Positions 58,690-64,000 of a stretch of DNA of 64,000 bases are shown piece after piece; the stretch's first letter is position 1, and each line of letters starts with the position of its first letter. The position numbers and the translations under genes are program-made. This DNA comes from Malacoraja senta (lineage: Eukaryota). The notes beneath the pieces are model-generated. The model searched no databases and had not been told where the DNA came from. It saw nothing but the letters and a program-made list of their open reading frames with translations. The stretch spans positions 1 to 64,000 of the forward strand of contig JAXLNO010000153.1 of the NCBI GenBank assembly GCA_038087875.1, read 5' to 3'.

Positions 58690-61090
58690 CTGAACTAAAC
58701 TCTGCCTGTGCTGTGCTCATTGAACTGTGCCTGCCCCGTGAGTGAATTGAGCTGTGCATGCACCGTGAGTGAATTGAACTGTGCCTGTCCCATGAGTGAA
58801 TTGAACTGTTGCTGGCCCGTGAATTAATTGAGCTGTGCCTGCCCCGTGAGTGAATTGAACTGAGCCTGCCCCGAGAGTGAACTGAATTGTTAGCCCTGCA
58901 CTGTGCTTGACTTGAAATGGAATGGATTGAATTATTGGCCCAACACTGCGCTTGACTTGAATGGATTGAATTGTTGGCCCTGCACTGTGTTTGACTTGAA
59001 ATGGAATGGATTGACTTGTTGGCCCTGCACTGTGCTTGACTTGAAATGGAATGGATTGAATTGTTGGCCCAACACTGCGCTTGACTTGAATGGATTGAAT
59101 TGTTGGCCCTGCACTGTGCTTGACTTGAAATGGAATGGATTGAATTGTTGGCCCTGCACTGTGCTTGACTTCAAATGGAGTGGATTGAAATGTTGGCCCT
59201 GCGCTGTGCTTGACTTGAAATGGAATGGATTGAATTGTTGGCCCTGCACTGTGCTTGACTTGAAATGGAATAGATTGAATTGTTGGCCCTGCACTGTGCT
59301 TGACTTGAAATTGAAGATTGAAGATGGGATAGCAGCACATTTGGAAAGTGGTGAAATCATTGGACAAATTCAGCATGGATTTACGAAAGGTAAATCATGT
59401 CTGACGAATCTTATAGAATTTTTCGAGGATGTAACTAGTAGCGTGGATAGGGGAGAACCAGTGGATGTGGTGTATCTGGACTTCCAGAAGGCTTTCGACA
59501 AGGTCCCACATAAGAGATTAGTATACAAACTTAAACCACATGGCATTGGGGGTTCAGTATTGATGTGGATAGAGAACTGGCTGGCAAACAGGAAGCAAAG
59601 AGTAGGAGTAAACGGGTCCTTTTCACAATGGCAGGCAGTGACTAGTGGGGTACCGCAAGGCTCAGTGCTGGGACCCCAGCTATTTACAATATATATTAAT
59701 GACCTGGATGAGGGAATTGAAGGCAATATCTCCAAGTTTGCGGATGACACTAAGCTGGGGGGCAGTGTTAGCTGTGAGGAGGATGCTAGGAGACTGCAAG
59801 TTGACTTGGATAGGCTGGGTGAGTGGGCAAATGTTTGGCAGATGCAGTATAATGTGGATAAATGTGAGGTTATCCATTTTGGTGGCAAAAACAGGAAAGC
59901 AGACTATTTTCTAAATGGTGGCCGACTAGGAAAAGGGGAGATGCAGCGAGACCTGGGTGTCATGGTACACCAGTCATTGAAAGTAGGCATGCAGGTGCAG
60001 CAGGCAGTGAAGAAAGCGAATGGTATGTTAGCTTTCATAGCAAAAGGATTTGAGTATAGGAGCAGGGAGGTTCTACTGCAGTTGTACAGGGTCTTGGTGA
60101 GACCACACCTGGAGTATTGCGTACAGTTTTGGTCTCCAAATCTGAGGATGGACATTATTGCCATAGAGGGAGTGCAGAGAAGGTTCACCAGACTGATTCC
60201 TGGGATGTCAGGACTGTCTTATGAAGAAAGACTGGATAGACTTGGTTTATACTCTCTAGAATTTAGGAGATTGAGAGGGGATCTTATAGAAACTTACAAA
60301 ATTCTTAAGGGGTTGGACAGGCTAGATGCAGGAAGATTGCTCCCGATGTTGGGGAAGTCCGGGACAAGGGGTCACAGCTTAAGGATAAGGGGGAAATCCT
60401 TTAAAACCGAGATGAGAAGAACTTTTTTCACACAGAGAGTGGTGAATCTCTGGAACTCTCTGCCACAGAGGGTAGTCGAGGCCAGTTCATTGGCTATATT
60501 TAAGAGGGAGCTAGATGTGGCCCTTGTGGCTAAAGGGATCAGAGGGTATGGAGAGAAGGCAGGTACGGGATACTGAGTTGGATGATCAGCCATGATCATA
60601 TTGAATGGCGGTGCAGGCTCGAATGGCCGAATGGCCTACTCCTGCACCTAATTTCTATGTTTCTATGTTTCTATGAATTGTTGGCCCTGCACTGTGCTTG
60701 ACTTAAATGGAATGGATTGAATTGTTGGCCCTGCACTGTGCTTGACTTGAAATGGAATGGATTGAATTGTTGGCCCTACACTGTGCTTGACTTCAAATGG
60801 AACTGATTGATTTGTTGGCCCTGCACTGTGCTTGACTTGAAATGGAATGGATTGAATTTTTGACCCTGTACTGTGCTTGACTTGAAATGGGATGGATTGA
60901 ATTATTGGCCCTGCACTGCACTTGACTAGGAATGGAATGGATTGAATTGTTGGCCCTGCGCTGTGCCTGACTTGAAATTGAATGGATTGAATTGTTGGCC
61001 CTGCACTGTGTCTGACTTGAAATGGAATGGATTGAATTGGTGGCCCTGCGCTGTGCCTGACTTGAAATCGAATGAATTGAATTGGTGGCC
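58690..61090 (+). repeat. ~28-bp satellite (~58690-58885) and 45-bp satellite (~58885-59310 and 60675-61090)
   Basis: Units ccgtgagtgaattgaactgtgcctgcc and gaattgttggccctgcactgtgcttgacttgaaatggaatggatt. Confidence 0.92.
59320..60674 (+). mobile_element. Young 5'-truncated CR1 with uninterrupted RT frame and (TTTCTATG)n tail
   Basis: Open frame QHGF...YLDFQKAFD...FADD...GTGY* (stop 60576), inserted in the 45-bp satellite. Confidence 0.95.
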
Positions 61091-62060
61091 CCCACACACC
61101 CCACGTCCCCCACACACACCCTCCCCCACAACCCCCTTCCCCCACACACCCCCTCCCAAACACACCCTCCCAAACAAACCCCCTCCCAAACAAACCCCCT
61201 CCCCCACACCCCACCTCCCCTCCCCACACCCCCCCTCCCGCACACCCCCTTACCCCCTCCCGCACACCCACCCCACCCCCCTTCCCCCACACACCCTCCA
61301 CCACACTCCCCTTCCCGCACACACCCCCTCCCCCACACCCCTCCTCCCAAACAAACCCCCTCCCCCACACAACCCACCTCCCCAGACACCCCCTCGCCAC
61401 ACCTCCCTGCCCATACCCCCCCACACCTGCTCCCCCCCACACCCCTCCCTCACACACACACCCTCAGCCAAACCCCCCTTTCCCCACCCCCTCCCTCACA
61501 ATCCAATCCCTCACATTCCCCATCCCCGCACCCCCTCCCCCACACCCCTCAGCTACACCCCCACACCCACCCACACACCCTCTCCCCTACACCCCCTTCT
61601 CCACACCCCCCGCACTACCCACCACAACCCCCCCCTTCCCGACACCCCCACTTCCCCCACATCCCACTCTGCCACCACCCCTCCCCACATATCCCCCTCC
61701 CCCACAACCCCTCCCCCACACCCCCTCCCCCACGCCCACAACCCCCTCCCCGCTCACCACCCCTCTCCCCCCCACCCCTCCCCCCCACACACCCTCCCCC
61801 CACACATACGACGCCTCCCCCACACACCAGCCCCAACACCACCCACCGCTCCACACACCCTTCCCCCCGACACCCCCCCTCCCCAACACCCCCCTCCCCC
61901 CACACACACCCTCCCCCCACACACAACCCCTCCCCCCACACACACCCCCTCCCCCCACACACACCCTTCCCCATACACCCCCTCCCCCATACACCCCCTC
62001 CCCCTACAACCCCTCTCCCCGATACAACCACCCAACAGCCCTCCCCGACAGGCCCCGCCT
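61090..62060. repeat. C/A-rich low-complexity tract (G-quadruplex potential on the minus strand)
   Basis: Dense CCCC runs. Confidence 0.9.
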
Positions 62061-62424
62061 GGCCGTCCCCCTCACCTGGCTGCAGGACGCTTCCCGCCTG
62101 AAGCCATCCCCATCCCCCGGCTACAGATGGGGGGGAACAGGTGAGTGGTGGAATATTGCATTGGGGAATGGGTTTCGCTGATGGACCAGGCCTCCCGTGT
62201 GACTGGGACCCAACGGGTCCCACTTGGTCTAGTATACCTCTAAAACGTCACCCACCCCACCCACTGTTCAGTTTCCTTTGGTCCAGTTTGGGGAGTAAAT
62301 TTCCTGCAGAGCAAGTCTTTCCTTAACATTCACCCCAGCACCAATAAACATCCTTGTGAATCTTTTAGCCACTCACTGCTTCTAACAAAGAATACTTTTT
62401 GTAGTTGGGCTGTGACCAGAATAG

Positions 62425-62705
62425 CAGCACACACTGACACACACTCACACTGACACACAACACACACACACACACACAGAACACTCACACTCATGCACAC
62501 ACACACACACACACACACTCACACACAGAACACTCGCGCACACACTCACAGATCACTCACGCACGCACACACACACACACACACACACACATAACACTCA
62601 CGCAAACACACACACACAGAACACTCACACACGCACAGAACACTCACGCACACACACACAGACACATAACACTTACTCCCCAAGTATTGCCACACACACA
62701 CACCA
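62425..62705. repeat. (CA)n microsatellite
   Basis: Directly visible. Confidence 0.95.
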
Positions 62706-63241
62706 ACATCTTTTGTACAGGAGCTCCAACATGATGTCCCTGCTAACTCTTGTACTCAATGCTCTGACTGATGAAGGCGAGCAAGCTTGATAAACTGCTG
62801 CTTCTTCATCACCCTGTCAGTCTATCTGTGTGTTATCACTTTCAGAGAATGATGCTCTCGTACTATTCTCTCTCCCCCTCTCTTTCTCTCAGTAAGTTTG
62901 TAGACAGCAGCAGCAAAATTGGTGATATACAGGATTTTAAAAGCGACTGACTCTCAAATTGCAGCAGCGTCCAGATCAACTGGAAATGTGGGCCAAGGAA
63001 TGACAGATTTAATTTAACTTGGACAAGTGCAAAGTGGGAAGTTAAATCAGTGCAGCAGCAGCAGCAGCACTTACACTGTAAATGGCAGCAGAGCCCCAGA
63101 GAATGTTGTAGGAGGACACAGAGACTGCCGAATAGTACGAGTTCATGATTCTCTGAAAGCGATAACACAGATAGACAGACAGGGTGATAAAGAAGCAGTT
63201 TGTCAATCTTGTCTTCATCAGTCAGAGCATTGAGTACACCA

Positions 63242-63955
63242 TGACACGTCACATAGATTTATTGGCTACAAGCAATACAACCTCCCACTTAAGAGTCCAC
63301 TTTAAAACTAGAGGAATGCAAATGAGCAAGTGGGCGTAACTACAAATGCATGACTCATAGCATGAGTCACTAATCTACATCCCCCCTCTTAAAGAATCAA
63401 TAACAATATATACCCATAACTAAGCAAAACAAAGCAAAGCAAATGTCACAACCGATGACAGACTAGTGGAAAGTCAAACATACTCCGGATACTTCACGAC
63501 CGGCCTGCAAACACGACCGGCACGTGCACGATAGAGACCATCTCCATTCTTTTTCTCCGGGGACAGAGCTGGTCATTTCACCGTCGTGGGGGAGTGGACC
63601 AATGTCCCTGGAGTTGAAGCAGGAGACTGTGGCGCAGGTGAAGATGGGACAGACAGAGGAACTGTTGCATACATGGATTGTTGTTCTGGCAAGAGTATGT
63701 GAGGGTCACCAGATGCTGATTGAAATGAACTTGTACGATCCGGATTATAAGGAGGAGGGATTGGCTCGTTCACAGGCAGAAGATGTTGTCTGTTTCGTCT
63801 GTAGGTGCCGCCACCGGCTCTAACAATGTACAAGCGTGGCTCCGAAGCGGGACCAGAACCCATCCCAATACGGTCGTGGCCTTTGTCAGTCTGTAAGCGG
63901 ACCACCTGTCCTTTGGTCAATGGTGGCAATGGCCTACTCGTCTTGTCGAACCATT
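63242..63955 (-). mobile_element. Gypsy LTR retrotransposon 3' end (integrase tail, polypurine tract, short LTR)
   Basis: PPLTKGQVVRL..PRLYIV...YRRNRQHL; PPT AAGAGGGGGGA immediately before TGT at 63379; AATAAA inside the LTR. Confidence 0.8.
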
Positions 63956-64000
63956 TATTTTGAACATAGATACATAGAAAGTAGGTGCAGGAGTAGGCCA

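Larger units (their letters stand above)
58333..62232 (+). mobile_element. Non-autonomous Helitron with internal satellites and a nested CR1
   Basis: 3' hairpin TGGGACCC-AAC-GGGTCCCA followed 6 nt later by CTAG|T (62229-62233); putative 5' A|TC at 58333; no TSD or TIR. Confidence 0.65.

Noticed and set aside
58903..60576. 557-aa repeat-RT fusion protein
   Set aside because: The satellite units (45 and 39 bp) are multiples of 3 and stop-free, the start is GTG, and the RT is a 5'-truncated CR1 inserted in the array. A chance fusion.
60663..62223. Pro/His-rich and Gly-rich ORFs up to 400 aa
   Set aside because: C-rich low-complexity DNA.

Overview
Eukaryotic, repeat-saturated vertebrate genomic DNA. 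The repeat mix (CR1 LINEs with an esterase ORF1, V-SINEs of the HE1/HER1 type, Rex1, Penelope) suggests a cartilaginous fish, probably a skate or ray; this is inference. Most of the window is nested transposable elements: many CR1, Rex1 and Penelope fragments, one apparently intact full-length L1 (36575-43200), an internally deleted Tx1-like LINE, two Gypsy fragments, a solo LTR, hAT MITEs, AT-TSD THAP-bearing ISL2EU-like elements, and two non-autonomous Helitrons carrying internal satellites. Host features are a CpG-island promoter/first exon near 21.8-22.1 kb with several candidate downstream exons (gene not identified, possibly decayed), a 54-bp-period CTCF-motif array at 14.1-14.35 kb, and a ~4-5 kb tandem duplication (44.1-54.1 kb). 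The most notable signals are: hammerhead-ribozyme mini-elements with their own TSDs, a 2A-like peptide followed by two PHD fingers, the CTCF array, THAP-bearing elements inserted about 20 bp apart, and the intact L1 with a 1.2-kb repeat-containing inter-ORF spacer. There are no CRISPR arrays or prokaryotic systems. All family assignments are from motif recognition, not database searches.
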